This document shows positions 10,301 through 20,604 of a stretch of 64,000 nt of DNA, piece by piece (the first letter of the stretch is position 1; every line of letters begins with the position of its first letter). Origin of the DNA: Candidatus Hydrogenedentota bacterium. Lineage in GTDB: Bacteria > Hydrogenedentota > Hydrogenedentia > Hydrogenedentales > SLHB01. A model generated the notes under the pieces. The model was not told the origin of the DNA and ran no database searches. It worked only from the letters and a program-made list of their open reading frames with translations. A program made the position numbers and the translations under genes. The stretch is from positions 672,001-736,000 of the forward strand of contig CAXXTH010000010.1 in NCBI GenBank assembly GCA_963668025.2, given 5' to 3'.

Positions 10301-10804
10301 AACGCCGTCCTCCCCTCCAAATCCGAACTTAGGACAAACTCTAGACCACGAATGCTGCAAGACAAGTGATGTTTCTATCTATTGCCTTTTTTGTATGCTG
10401 CTCTCCAATTCTATTAAAGTTTTTAATTTTCTCCGCATTGCAGAAACTGGAAATTCAATTAAATATAGGGCGTCTATAATATTATTTCGTTGTGGCAAAT
10501 TATGCAAATTAAAAATTGTGCGTAAAGTAGAAAACTCTTGTATCGCACATTCCGCTGAAAAGAGGATGGCAATAATGAAGGGGCGGGGTCTGAGGTGGTT
10601 TTCAACCAACCCACTCTGTTTAACTTGAAAATACGCGAAAAGCGGATCTGCAATTAACGAGTGTCGTTCGCTTGTGTCTGGTAGCCGGTAGTTCTTATTG
10701 CTTTTGCCGTTCGTTTGACCAGTTTGACCAGTCCCCCAAAAACGTAACGGGCTGCTTCAAATCTATAAGACGCACTAAAAGACGGACTTTTTGTGATCCA
10801 CTGT

Positions 10805-12463
10805 TTAGTATTCGCTATCACTAATCATATGAGCAACGTCTTCGGGAGATAACGCTGTTCTAAGAAGTTGTCGAAAATGACGATTCTGGATCGTTTTACT
10901 GGTTAGGGCAAGCATTTGAAGCTGGGCGGTAGGAGATTGCGATGGAGAGAGGATAAGGAAAACGAACTCTATGGGGTATTCGGTAACGACATCCACTATT
11001 CCATGGCGAGTCAGGCCTAAGGCAAGCCGAGGCATGGACAAGCCGTCTAGTCGTGCATGGGGAAAAGCGACGCCTTCGTTGAAAAAAGTCGATCCTTGCT
11101 GTTCACGTTCCCATAGTTTTCGCGAAGCTTCAGCAAGCTGGCTCTGCTCACTATCACCCAAGGCGGCTTTCGCTAAGGCGTTTAGAACTTCTTCTTTCAA
11201 AACAGGTTCATCCCAAATCACAATGCTGTCTCGTAAAAGAAACTGCTTCAGAGAGAGAAGACTTGGGCTTGTCTCAAGCTGGCGAGATGGCGTATTCGAT
11301 GGCGGTTCGCCAGCAGTTGGCGTTATCTTGGCCGCTTTATGCGTATCAAGTATAACGATGGTCATGCCTTCCGCATTTTCCACAAGACGTTCCACGATAC
11401 TGCGCTTGCCGTGTAGTTTTTGAAAAAACGGCACTTTTCTTGGCGTTCCGATTACAATGTGCCCAACGTGATATTCATTCGCAAAGCGCAAAATCGTTTC
11501 CGATACATCCTCGCCTTTATACGTAAAAACCATTGCTCCTAGTTGCTTCGCCAGCGTTAGCGTTCCGGACAAGATGCGTTGCGTTTCAGCGTCGATGGCG
11601 GTCGGCTCTTCCGATGGCGTTTGAACGTATAAGGCATACCAATTTCGGTTCAAACGGCCTGCAAGACGTGACGCATAACGAAGAAGCCTTTCACAGTTAG
11701 GTCCGGCGGAACTTAGGCAAACCATAACCTGTTCGGCGGTTAGCGACGTTTCTTGTTCTTCGGGGGTGCGGCGGCGGAAATCGATTTGCGAAGCCAATTC
11801 ACGCAGTGTGATTTCCCGGAGCTGCCCGAGATGGGACTCGGTAAAGAAATTGCCCAGCGCCGTTTCGATGCGGTCCGCCGGATAAATCTTGCCTTGCTCC
11901 AAGCGTCGGCGCAGGTCTTCCGTAGTGATGTCTACGTTCACGATCTGGTCCGCTTCGGCCAAAACATTGTCCGGCAAGCGTTCCCGCACTTTAATGCCGA
12001 CCGCTGACTCAACCGTATCGTAGAGGCTCTCCAAATGCTGTACGTTGAGCGTCGTGATAACGTGAATACCCGCTTCCAGAATGTCCTGCACATCTTCGTA
12101 GCGTTTTTGATTTTTTCCACCAGGAACATTCGTATGCGCCAGTTCATCGATCAGAACGACTTTGGGCTTTCGTGCGAGAACCGCGTCGACATCCATTTCC
12201 TCCAGCGCTATGCCGCGATATTCCTGGCGGAATCGCGGAACGATTTCCAATCCATCGACCAGATGGGCCGTCTCCTCGCGTCCGTGCGTTTCGACAAAGC
12301 CGACAACGACATCGACGCCTTCCGTTTTCAAACGATGCCCTTCCGCCAGCATTTGGCAGGTTTTGCCGACGCCCGCGCAATAGCCCAGGTAAACCTTGAG
12401 ACGGCCGCGTTGTGCGCGGCGGATCATGCGCAGAAAACTGCTGGCCTTGTCATCTGCCGCCAT
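10805..12463 (-). CDS. kdpD: Soluble KdpD N-terminal domain + Usp domain + PTS EIIA domain (no TM, no kinase)
   Basis: GRLKVYLGYCAGVGKT, DELAHTN, NVQHLESL; Usp segment; EIIA motif EREQQGST..GVAFPHAR. Confidence 0.88.
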   Translation of the reverse strand: MAADDKASSFLRMIRRAQRGRLKVYLGYCAGVGKTCQMLAEGHRLKTEGVDVVVGFVETHGREETAHLVDGLEIVPRFRQEYRGIALEEMDVDAVLARKPKVVLIDELAHTNVPGGKNQKRYEDVQDILEAGIHVITTLNVQHLESLYDTVESAVGIKVRERLPDNVLAEADQIVNVDITTEDLRRRLEQGKIYPADRIETALGNFFTESHLGQLREITLRELASQIDFRRRTPEEQETSLTAEQVMVCLSSAGPNCERLLRYASRLAGRLNRNWYALYVQTPSEEPTAIDAETQRILSGTLTLAKQLGAMVFTYKGEDVSETILRFANEYHVGHIVIGTPRKVPFFQKLHGKRSIVERLVENAEGMTIVILDTHKAAKITPTAGEPPSNTPSRQLETSPSLLSLKQFLLRDSIVIWDEPVLKEEVLNALAKAALGDSEQSQLAEASRKLWEREQQGSTFFNEGVAFPHARLDGLSMPRLALGLTRHGIVDVVTEYPIEFVFLILSPSQSPTAQLQMLALTSKTIQNRHFRQLLRTALSPEDVAHMISDSEY

Positions 12464-12466
12464 AGC

Positions 12467-13060
12467 CTACTTTCCAGCCGCTGCCCGCCGGTCGAGGGCG
12501 AGGTTCGTTTGCAACACATTAACGCGAGGCTCTCCCAATACGCCCAAGGCCCGGCCTTCGGTATGTTTCCGGATTTCCTCGTTTATCACATCGGGAGGCA
12601 CGCCACGCGCTTTAGCGATGCGAGAAGCCTGCAACAAGGCATTTTCTACACTAATATGCGGATCAAGTCCACTCGCGGAAGCCATGACCGCATCGGCGGG
12701 AACTTGTATCTCGCGAGACAGGCCGTTCTCATTGCGATATTCGTCAACGCACTTCCGCGTTTTCTCTATTAGCACCTTTGAAGTTGGCCCCAAGTTGCTG
12801 CCGCCCGAAGCCATCGTATCGTAGCCGTTTCCGGCCGCGGAAGGGCGAGGATGCAAATACTGGGGGCTCTTAAAGGCCTGGCCAAGCAAGTCCGAGCCGA
12901 CGGCGCTCCCATTATGATAAACTATAGAGCCGTTGGCCTTGCCGGGAAACAACCCTTGCGCGGCAACAAAAACCGCCAAAGGATAGAGGCCGCATACAAG
13001 CACGGCCAATGCCGCTGTTAGGACAACCGATATTCTCAATTCATTAACAAAGTGTTTCAT
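12467..13060 (-). CDS. kdpC: K+-transporting ATPase subunit C
   Basis: ANGS, GSDLLGQ, SGGSNLGP, SASGLDPHIS, EPRVNVL; start set at MKHFV. Confidence 0.95.
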   Translation of the reverse strand: MKHFVNELRISVVLTAALAVLVCGLYPLAVFVAAQGLFPGKANGSIVYHNGSAVGSDLLGQAFKSPQYLHPRPSAAGNGYDTMASGGSNLGPTSKVLIEKTRKCVDEYRNENGLSREIQVPADAVMASASGLDPHISVENALLQASRIAKARGVPPDVINEEIRKHTEGRALGVLGEPRVNVLQTNLALDRRAAAGK

Positions 13061-13070
13061 GGCGATATCC

Positions 13071-15089
13071 TCAGACGGCATGGAGCACATTCACAAGCAC
13101 GTCGATCAGTTTTATTCCAACAAATGGGGCAATCAGGCCGCCGCCGCCGTAAATAAACAAATTCCGCTGTAAAAGCGCTTGCGCCGTCATGGGACGGAAG
13201 GCTACGCCGCGCAACGCCAGCGGGATCAGCGCAACGATGATCAGCGCATTGAAAATGACAGCGCTTAGAATAGCGCTGGAGGGCGAACCGAGCCGCATGA
13301 CATTGAGTGGCGCGATCATCGGAAACGCGCTGATGAGCATAGCCGGTATGATGGCAAAATACTTGGCGACATCGTTGGCGATACTGAACGTCGTTAGCGC
13401 GCCGCGCGTCATCAGCATTTGCTTTCCGATCTCGACGATCTCGATGAGCTTCGTCGGATTGGAATCCAAGTCAACCATATTGCCCGCTTCTTTGGCGGCT
13501 TGCGTCCCGGTATTCATCGCTACGCCAACATCGGCTTGCGCCAGCGCGGGCGCATCGTTCGTGCCGTCGCCCGTCATGGCGACCAAATGGCCCGAGGCTT
13601 GTTCCTGGCGAATCAAGGCCAATTTGTCTTCGGGCTTCGCCTCGGCGAGGAAATCGTCCACGCCCGCTTCCTTGGCGATGGCGGTGGCCGTCAGCTTGTT
13701 GTCGCCGGTAATCATGACCGTCTTAATGCCCATCGCGCGGAAACGTTCAAAACGGTCGCGCAATCCGCCTTTTACAACATCCTTCAGATAAACAACCCCC
13801 AAGGCCTTGCCGTTTTCCGCAACGGCCAGCGGCGTCCCGCCCGCCCGCGATACCGCGCCCACCGCATCCTCGACTTCGCCCGGCAGCGGCGTTTCGAGAA
13901 AATCGCGGATAGCTTGCGCCGCGCCTTTCCGTATCCGCCGCCCGCCAAGGTCGACGCCGCTCATGCGCGTCTGCGCCGAAAACGAGACGAATTGAGCATG
14001 CGGCATTTCGGAAATAGCGCGCCCGCGCAGGCCATATTGTTTCGCGAGCACAACGATGCTCCGGCCTTCGGGCGTTTCGTCGGCCAGCGACGCCAATTGT
14101 GCGGCATCGGCCAATTGTTCCAGAGAAACACCTTGCGCTGGAATGAACTGAACGGCTTCGCGATTGCCAAGTGTAATCGTGCCGGTCTTATCCAGCAGCA
14201 AGACGTTTACGTCGCCCGCAGCCTCGACAGCCCGCCCGCTCATGGCTAGCACGTTCTTTTGTACGAGCCGGTCGATTCCGGCAATCCCAATGGCGCTAAG
14301 CAATCCGCCAATCGTAGTAGGGATTAGACAGACCAGCAAGGCGGCCAACACCGCAATGGAGAAATCCACGCCTGAATAGATACCAAAAAATTTCAACGTG
14401 GTGATCGCGGCAAGAAATATAATCGTCAATGCGGAAAGCAGGATAGCCAGCGCGATCTCATTGGGTGTTTTTTGCCGTTGCGCGCCTTCCACCAATCCTA
14501 TCATGCGGTCCAAAAAACTCTCGCCCGGATTCGCCGTTACACGGATCTTAATCTGGTCGGACAGAACGCGCGTGCCGCCCGTTACGGCGCTACGGTCGCC
14601 CCCGGCCTCTCGAATGACCGGCGCGGACTCGCCCGTAATGGCCGACTCGTCGACTGTCGCAATGCCTTCCGTAATTTCGCCGTCAGCAGGAATGATCTCG
14701 CCTGCGGAGACTAGCGCGAGATCGTTCTTCCGTAAACTCTCCGCGGAAACCTGCTCAATGGCGCCATTGGCCCGCAGGCGATTGGCCATTGTATGCGTGC
14801 GCGTTTTGCGCAGCGCATCCGCTTGCGCCTTGCCACGGCCTTCGGCGATGGCCTCCGCGAAGTTCGCAAACAGCACCGTAAACCACAACCAGAGGGCGAT
14901 CTGGAGCACGAACCCCGAAGATTCGCCTTCTGAAATCATGAATAGGTTGAGGGTCGTAATGAACGCCCCTACCTCGGTAACGAACATAACCGGGTTTTTC
15001 ATCATCGAAATGGGGTTGAGCTTTTTGAACGAATCGGCCAACGCCCGGAAAATAATGCCTCGTTCAAACAATGCGCGTTTCTTAGCCAT
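13071..15089 (-). CDS. kdpB: K+-transporting P-type ATPase subunit B
   Basis: [40 protein letters not shown]. Confidence 0.97.
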   Translation of the reverse strand: MAKKRALFERGIIFRALADSFKKLNPISMMKNPVMFVTEVGAFITTLNLFMISEGESSGFVLQIALWLWFTVLFANFAEAIAEGRGKAQADALRKTRTHTMANRLRANGAIEQVSAESLRKNDLALVSAGEIIPADGEITEGIATVDESAITGESAPVIREAGGDRSAVTGGTRVLSDQIKIRVTANPGESFLDRMIGLVEGAQRQKTPNEIALAILLSALTIIFLAAITTLKFFGIYSGVDFSIAVLAALLVCLIPTTIGGLLSAIGIAGIDRLVQKNVLAMSGRAVEAAGDVNVLLLDKTGTITLGNREAVQFIPAQGVSLEQLADAAQLASLADETPEGRSIVVLAKQYGLRGRAISEMPHAQFVSFSAQTRMSGVDLGGRRIRKGAAQAIRDFLETPLPGEVEDAVGAVSRAGGTPLAVAENGKALGVVYLKDVVKGGLRDRFERFRAMGIKTVMITGDNKLTATAIAKEAGVDDFLAEAKPEDKLALIRQEQASGHLVAMTGDGTNDAPALAQADVGVAMNTGTQAAKEAGNMVDLDSNPTKLIEIVEIGKQMLMTRGALTTFSIANDVAKYFAIIPAMLISAFPMIAPLNVMRLGSPSSAILSAVIFNALIIVALIPLALRGVAFRPMTAQALLQRNLFIYGGGGLIAPFVGIKLIDVLVNVLHAV

Positions 15090-15102
15090 ATCGTTTAGCC
15101 TT

Positions 15103-16839
15103 TCAATGTAATGCGTGTGAGGCAGTCATGATGAAGTGCTCGACAATTGGACCGAGCGCCAGCGCGGGTAAGAAGGTCAGCGCGCCTACAATAAGGATCG
15201 TGCCGGCGAGTAGAATGCCGAAGGTCGCGCCTGCCACGGGAAAGCTGCCTCCGCTGATCGGAAGCTGTTTTTTTTGCGCCAAGTTTCCGGCGAGCGCAAG
15301 CACGGGAAGCATCATGAGAAAACGGCCCTCCAGCATCGCAATCGCCAGCGTAACATTATAGGCGGGCGTATTCGCGGAAAGCCCGGCAAAGGCGCTGCCA
15401 TTGTTGCCCGTGGCGGAGCTAAACGCATAGAGGATTTCACTGAATCCATGAGGCCCTTGATTGGCAAGGCCCGAAAGCCCCCATGGGCAGACACAGGCCC
15501 ATGCCGTAAAACCGAGAATACTGAAGATAGCCACTAGCACGAACAGCACGGCCAGCTTCACGTCGTGGGCTTCAATTTTTTTGCCTAGATATTCCGGCGT
15601 GCGTCCTACCATCAGGCCCGCAAGAAAGACCGCCAAGATGACGAAAATCAGCATCCCATATAATCCAGAACCCACGCCCCCGAAAATGATTTCGCCCAGT
15701 TGTATATTCACCAACGGGACAAGCCCGCCCAGCGGCGTGAATGAATCGTGCATCGCATTAACGGCCCCGCACGAGGCATCGGTCGTAATCGTGGCGAACA
15801 GCGCGGAATTGAAAATGCCGAAGCGGGTTTCTTTCCCTTCCATGTTGCCATCGGACGGATTTACGCCCAGCGTGTGGATTCCAGGATTTCCCGAAGCCTC
15901 GGCCCACCAGCATACCAGCACGCCGCATGCAAATATGCACGCCATGCACGCCCAAACCGTCCAGCCATGGCGCTGATTTTTTACCATTCGCCCGAGGTAA
16001 TACGTCAGGCCGCTTGGAATGAGGAAGATGGAAAGCATCTGAACAAAATTGGATAACGGCGTCGGATTCTCGAACGGATGAGCCGAGTTGGCATTAAAAA
16101 ATCCGCCACCATTTGTTCCCAACATTTTTATTGCTTCTTGTGACGCTACCGGGCCTTGAGGAATCGTTTGCGATGTGCCTGGCGTTTCACCCGAAACAAC
16201 CTCTAATGGCGTTATGGATATATACTCCCGGAAATTCTGCACTACGCCCTGGCTTACCAAAAAAAGCGCATAAACAAAGCAAGCAGGCGCTAGTAGATAA
16301 AGCGTTATGCGAATCAAGTCAGTCCAAAAGTTGCCAACTATATGTGCGGTCGAACGCGCCAAACCGCGTACAAGCGCCGCCGCAACTGCAATGCCCGCCG
16401 CCGCGCTGGCAAAATTATGAAAGGCGAGGCCAACCATTTGCGAAAAATACGACATGGTGGATTCGCCCGGATAACTTTGCCAATTGGTATTGGTTGTAAA
16501 ACTGGCGGACGTGTTGAACGCCAAATCCCACGATAAATTCCAGAAATGCTCCGGATTAAGCGGCAGATATTGTTGCAGCCGCAAGATGGCGTAGGTAAAG
16601 AACAAGCCTACGGCGCTAAACAAACACAGCGAAAACGCATACTGCTTCCACGTCTGTTCCTCGAACGGATCGACACGAGCAACTCTATAAAGGAAAATTT
16701 CGAACGGTTTGACCAACGGATCGAGCATCGTCTTTTCTTTTGGGTCGAGCACTCGATACAGGCATATGCCTACTGGCTTAGTTAAAACTAACAAGACTCC
16801 AATAAAAAGCATGAATTGAATCCAGCCATGGATATCCAT
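15103..16839 (-). CDS. kdpA: K+-transporting ATPase subunit A
   Basis: [42 protein letters not shown]. Confidence 0.97.
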   Translation of the reverse strand: MDIHGWIQFMLFIGVLLVLTKPVGICLYRVLDPKEKTMLDPLVKPFEIFLYRVARVDPFEEQTWKQYAFSLCLFSAVGLFFTYAILRLQQYLPLNPEHFWNLSWDLAFNTSASFTTNTNWQSYPGESTMSYFSQMVGLAFHNFASAAAGIAVAAALVRGLARSTAHIVGNFWTDLIRITLYLLAPACFVYALFLVSQGVVQNFREYISITPLEVVSGETPGTSQTIPQGPVASQEAIKMLGTNGGGFFNANSAHPFENPTPLSNFVQMLSIFLIPSGLTYYLGRMVKNQRHGWTVWACMACIFACGVLVCWWAEASGNPGIHTLGVNPSDGNMEGKETRFGIFNSALFATITTDASCGAVNAMHDSFTPLGGLVPLVNIQLGEIIFGGVGSGLYGMLIFVILAVFLAGLMVGRTPEYLGKKIEAHDVKLAVLFVLVAIFSILGFTAWACVCPWGLSGLANQGPHGFSEILYAFSSATGNNGSAFAGLSANTPAYNVTLAIAMLEGRFLMMLPVLALAGNLAQKKQLPISGGSFPVAGATFGILLAGTILIVGALTFLPALALGPIVEHFIMTASHALH

Positions 16840-16849
16840 CAGAGCCTCC

Positions 16850-16930
16850 TCAAAACCATTCCGGCTTGAACACGGAAACGAAGAGATACGCTAGTAGCGC
16901 AATGACAACTAATCCAACGATTGCATTCAT
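16850..16930 (-). CDS. kdpF: KdpF stabilising peptide, 26 aa
   Basis: Below the ORF-track cutoff: MNAIVGLVVIALLAYLFVSVFKPEWF* has the KdpF-type YL...PE.F end, lies directly upstream of kdpA and overlaps the kinase stop. Confidence 0.9.
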   Translation of the reverse strand: MNAIVGLVVIALLAYLFVSVFKPEWF

Positions 16931-18777
16931 AATCGAATACCTTCTGTAGCAGATGCCTGTTTGTCATCCGCTCTTTTCAGCGAGAACGAAAATACACTGC
17001 CTTCACCCAGTTGGCTTTCAACGCGAATCTCGCCGCCGTGCGCCACAACGATTTCCTTGGCAATGGCAAGTCCAAGTCCCGCGCCGGAACTGCCTTGTTC
17101 GGGAACTCGAAAAAACTGTTCGAACACGCGTGGCAAATACTCAGGCGCAATACCCGCTCCGGTGTCGGATACGGCGTACCAGACTGTCTTTTCCTCCACT
17201 TTCGCCGAAACGGTAATGTGGCCGCCCGGCAAGGTATATGTAAGCGCGTTTGTCAAAAGATTGCCGAAAACGTGTGAGATTCGCGTGGGGTCCGCATATA
17301 CCGGCGGCAAGCTGGAAGGAAGCGAAGCGGCCAGCATAATGCCGCAATCTTGGGCTTTTGTCCTATATGTCTCTATCGAACTGGCCGCCAGCGCCGCCGC
17401 ATCAACCGGTTGGAGGTCCATTTGAGCACGGCCGGATTGGATGCGGGCAATGTCCAGCAAATCCTCAACAATGGCGTACAAACGTTCGCAGTCTTCACGC
17501 GCGGTAGCCAGCAATTCTTCTTGTTTGGGCATTAGCGTGCCGAGCTTGTCGTCCAACAATAAATAAAGCGCCATACGAATAGAGGTCAGTGGTGTTTTCA
17601 GTTGATGCGACACCGTGGAAACAAGCCCGCGCTTGAGTTCCTCTTGTTGCTCAAGTTGTGTTGCGTCGTGCAATAGCAACGTAATGCCCACGGGCTGGTT
17701 AAGGCTGTCCAATACAGGTACGGCTTCCGGGCGATAAAATCGTTCCTTCCCCCCGATGAAAACCTGAATCAGATGATCCCCCTCGGCAAGTTCTTCGCGA
17801 TGGCCCGACTGTATAGCCCGCCGCACAAGCACCTCCATCCATGGATTCCTGCATTCCCGCAACGGACATCCGACCTCGATGCCAAACACCGCCCGCGCAG
17901 CTTTCGTCACTACTTCAACGGTTTCGTCCAGATCGACAACGATAATGGCGGCAGACAAGCTTTCCAATGCTTGTTGAGTCGACCGTTGAATATTCATCAT
18001 CTTGGCTTCGTTCGTACGGCGATAGGCCCGCAAGCTTGACGCCATGGCGTCGAAAGCCTGCGCTAATTGCCCCATCTCATCGTGCGAGACCGTACCAACC
18101 ACCAGATCTAAATTGCCATGTGCGATCTCGTTTGCAGACGCTGTCAACGCCATAATCGGACGTAAAATCCATAAACCGGTGTAATAAATAAACGTAACCG
18201 CAATGCCAAACCCACAAACGAATAGGAAATACATGCGCTGGCTCGCTTGAGCCGCCTTTTGCCGAGCTGCCATATTGGCATCGGCCATGTTTTGTTGATT
18301 CATTAAAAGTATATGGTTGGCGGATTCTTTAACTGCTTGAAAAAACGGAAGCAGCTCCGCAAAATATTGCTTTCGGCGCATATCCATTGGTTTCGACGCA
18401 TCTAGGACCTGCTTGAGCATATCTTGATACTTCGAATAATTCTCCTCCAATCCCTTGAATGTGTTTCCTTCGTCCGGCAGCGTAATATTGCCACTCTCCA
18501 CACGCATAGCCTTATCAAATCTCGCCGTATGCTCCCGGATTTGCTCTTTCCCCTCAGATACATACCCCAACATAGTGAATACGACGCCGCTGTCCACCCG
18601 ATCCAGGCTTTCCTTCATATCTTGGCAAGCAATGACGCTACGGTAATTTTCCTGCAAAATGACATCTATCGATTGCCCTAACTCGTTTATACGCAGGATT
18701 CCTTGAATGCCGATAATCAAAATGACCAGCAGCAGTCCGCCAAATCCTAGCGAAAGCTTTGAGCGTAATCCGAACAC
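16927..18777 (-). CDS. Membrane sensor histidine kinase (periplasmic helical sensor, HAMP, PAS-like, HisKA, HATPase)
   Basis: ENYRS, HAMP DEMGQLA, SHQLKTPL, NLLTNA, DTGAGI, GAGLGL; GTG at 18777 follows AAGGAG. Confidence 0.92.
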   Translation of the reverse strand: MFGLRSKLSLGFGGLLLVILIIGIQGILRINELGQSIDVILQENYRSVIACQDMKESLDRVDSGVVFTMLGYVSEGKEQIREHTARFDKAMRVESGNITLPDEGNTFKGLEENYSKYQDMLKQVLDASKPMDMRRKQYFAELLPFFQAVKESANHILLMNQQNMADANMAARQKAAQASQRMYFLFVCGFGIAVTFIYYTGLWILRPIMALTASANEIAHGNLDLVVGTVSHDEMGQLAQAFDAMASSLRAYRRTNEAKMMNIQRSTQQALESLSAAIIVVDLDETVEVVTKAARAVFGIEVGCPLRECRNPWMEVLVRRAIQSGHREELAEGDHLIQVFIGGKERFYRPEAVPVLDSLNQPVGITLLLHDATQLEQQEELKRGLVSTVSHQLKTPLTSIRMALYLLLDDKLGTLMPKQEELLATAREDCERLYAIVEDLLDIARIQSGRAQMDLQPVDAAALAASSIETYRTKAQDCGIMLAASLPSSLPPVYADPTRISHVFGNLLTNALTYTLPGGHITVSAKVEEKTVWYAVSDTGAGIAPEYLPRVFEQFFRVPEQGSSGAGLGLAIAKEIVVAHGGEIRVESQLGEGSVFSFSLKRADDKQASATEGIRL

Positions 18778-18809
18778 TGCACATGCTCCTTTCTTGCTTT
18801 TCCTAGAGA

Positions 18810-18824
18810 GCAAGCGCAATGCCA
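18810..18824 (-). promoter_or_regulatory. sigma54 (-24/-12) promoter of the kinase-kdpFABCD operon
   Basis: Minus strand TGGCATTGCGCTTGC = GG-N10-GC, 33 nt upstream of the start codon, next to a sigma54 activator gene. Confidence 0.8.
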
Positions 18825-18913
18825 ATACGGAAATAAAAAAATGCCCCCAAAGAGGGCATTTTCAAGGAATTGAACCGGGCGCACGTTGCAATCTTAAAGG
18901 AACATCTCAGGAT

Positions 18914-18934
18914 TGCCTTGCATTATGCAAGGCA
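18914..18934. promoter_or_regulatory. Palindrome, candidate upstream activator site (or terminator of the regulator gene)
   Basis: TGCCTTGCA-TTA-TGCAAGGCA about 100 bp upstream of the sigma54 promoter; related half sites nearby. Confidence 0.5.
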
Positions 18935-18953
18935 TTTTGACTCGCGAAAGGAT

Positions 18954-20309
18954 TCATATTTCGTATTGCTTGCGCTTGCGCCAAAGCGTCGCTTGATCGA
19001 TACCAAGCGTATCGGCGGCTTCTTGCAAGGTCTTGGCCGTGGCAAGAACCCGGCGGATATGACGTTCCTCCACCTCCTGTAACGTGAGCCGTTCATCCGA
19101 TTTGTCGTGCGACTGAATACTGGTAATAACTTCGGGCAAGTAATGTATGCCGATAATATTGCTTGTAGCCAAAATACTCGCACGCTCAACGACGTTTCGC
19201 AATTCTCGGAGGTTGCCCGGCCATGGATACAGCGTCAGCGCTTCTTTTACCTCTTCCGAAAAACCATGAAACGTACGATGATGTGTCTTTCCGAAAAACG
19301 CCAGTAAATGTTCCGCTAACGGGACGATATCTTCCTGCCGTTCGTGCAATGCAGGCATCACAAGCTGCACAACATTCAAGCGGTAAAATAGATCCTCGCG
19401 GAATCGCCTTTCTTTCACGGCCTGTTCGAGATCAACGTTCGTCGCCGCCAGAAGCCGCACATCTTCCGTACGTGTCCGATAATCGCCGACCCGCTCATAT
19501 TCCCGGTCTTGAATAAAGCGAAGCAATTTTGGCTGTAATGACAACGGCAAATCACCGATCTCATCCAACAGCAGCGTCCCGCTTTCACACGCGGCAATCC
19601 GCCCTGGATTGTCCCCCACAGCCCCCGTAAAAGCCCCCTTGACATGGCCGAACAACTCACTTTCCAACAGCTCCGCCGGTAACGAAGGACATGAAACCAC
19701 GCCCAGTGGCTTCGAAGACCGTTTGCTCCAGCTATGAATCGCTCGGGCTAAAATGCCCTTGCCTGTCCCGCTTTCGCCGCGAATCAAAATCGTCACATCC
19801 GAACCGGCCACCTGCCGGGCCAGATCGAGCACGCGCTGCATGGATGGCGCCCGCGTCGTAAGGTTCACCTCCGGATTGATCCTCTTAAAATCTTCCTGCA
19901 ACGCGGCTAGGCGCTGCTCCAAAAGACGCACCTTTGACGCCTTTTCCACCGCCATCCGCACCTGTTCGGGCGTGAACGGCTTCGGAATATAATCCGCCGC
20001 GCCGCGACGTATCGCCTCAACCGCCGTATCAATGGACGCATACGCCGTAATCACAATAATTTTGAGCCAAGGCGAAGACGCCAGCAACGCAGGAATCAGC
20101 TCCATCCCGCTTGCAGTGCCCAATCGCAAATCGACAAAGGCGGCATCGAATGAACGCCGCCCTGCTTCCGTAAGTGCGTCTTGAAAATTACTTACGCCAA
20201 CCACATTATGCCCATCCGTTTCCAGGCATATCGAAAGCGTCTTGCGGATATTTATTTCGTCATCTACAACCAGAATTTTCAAAACAGCATTGCCTTGCTC
20301 CGTGTTCAT
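18954..20309 (-). CDS. sigma54-dependent response regulator (REC-AAA+-Fis HTH, NtrC/AtoC family)
   Basis: ILVVDDE, GESGTGK, ESELFGHVKGAFTGA, LDEIG, WPGNLREL, HTH TLWRK. Confidence 0.95.
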   Translation of the reverse strand: MNTEQGNAVLKILVVDDEINIRKTLSICLETDGHNVVGVSNFQDALTEAGRRSFDAAFVDLRLGTASGMELIPALLASSPWLKIIVITAYASIDTAVEAIRRGAADYIPKPFTPEQVRMAVEKASKVRLLEQRLAALQEDFKRINPEVNLTTRAPSMQRVLDLARQVAGSDVTILIRGESGTGKGILARAIHSWSKRSSKPLGVVSCPSLPAELLESELFGHVKGAFTGAVGDNPGRIAACESGTLLLDEIGDLPLSLQPKLLRFIQDREYERVGDYRTRTEDVRLLAATNVDLEQAVKERRFREDLFYRLNVVQLVMPALHERQEDIVPLAEHLLAFFGKTHHRTFHGFSEEVKEALTLYPWPGNLRELRNVVERASILATSNIIGIHYLPEVITSIQSHDKSDERLTLQEVEERHIRRVLATAKTLQEAADTLGIDQATLWRKRKQYEI

Positions 20310-20569
20310 TTTTATCTCTCTCGGTTTAGAAAAACTAAAACAGAGAATATCATAACAAGATATAAAAACGATGATTTCATGGCGCTCTGGTCCTTTACCC
20401 GCACTTATGCGCGGTATGAAATATCCCCTGTCTGGCCCGCTCTTTTATCAATGGCCATATAATATCATCCCCTTCAAAAGAAAGGGCAAATCTAGAAAAT
20501 CTAGGACAAATGATAGCAGGCTTTTTAGGTGTGGTCCGATTTTGGTCCAAAGAGGCATTTTGATAGAAA

Positions 20570-20604
20570 AAAGGGCTTACGAATATTCGTAAGCCCTTTA
20601 TTTT
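20570..20604. terminator. Perfect 30-bp palindrome plus T tract; 5' exon hairpin at the intron A/B insertion site
   Basis: AAAGGGCTTACGAAT|ATTCGTAAGCCCTTT then ATTTT, immediately followed by GTGCG. Confidence 0.8.

Noticed and set aside
20483-20540. c-di-GMP-I riboswitch-like GGGCAAA-stem-GAC
   Set aside because: Lacks the GCAAAGC/P2 elements and a GNRA loop; no + strand gene directly downstream
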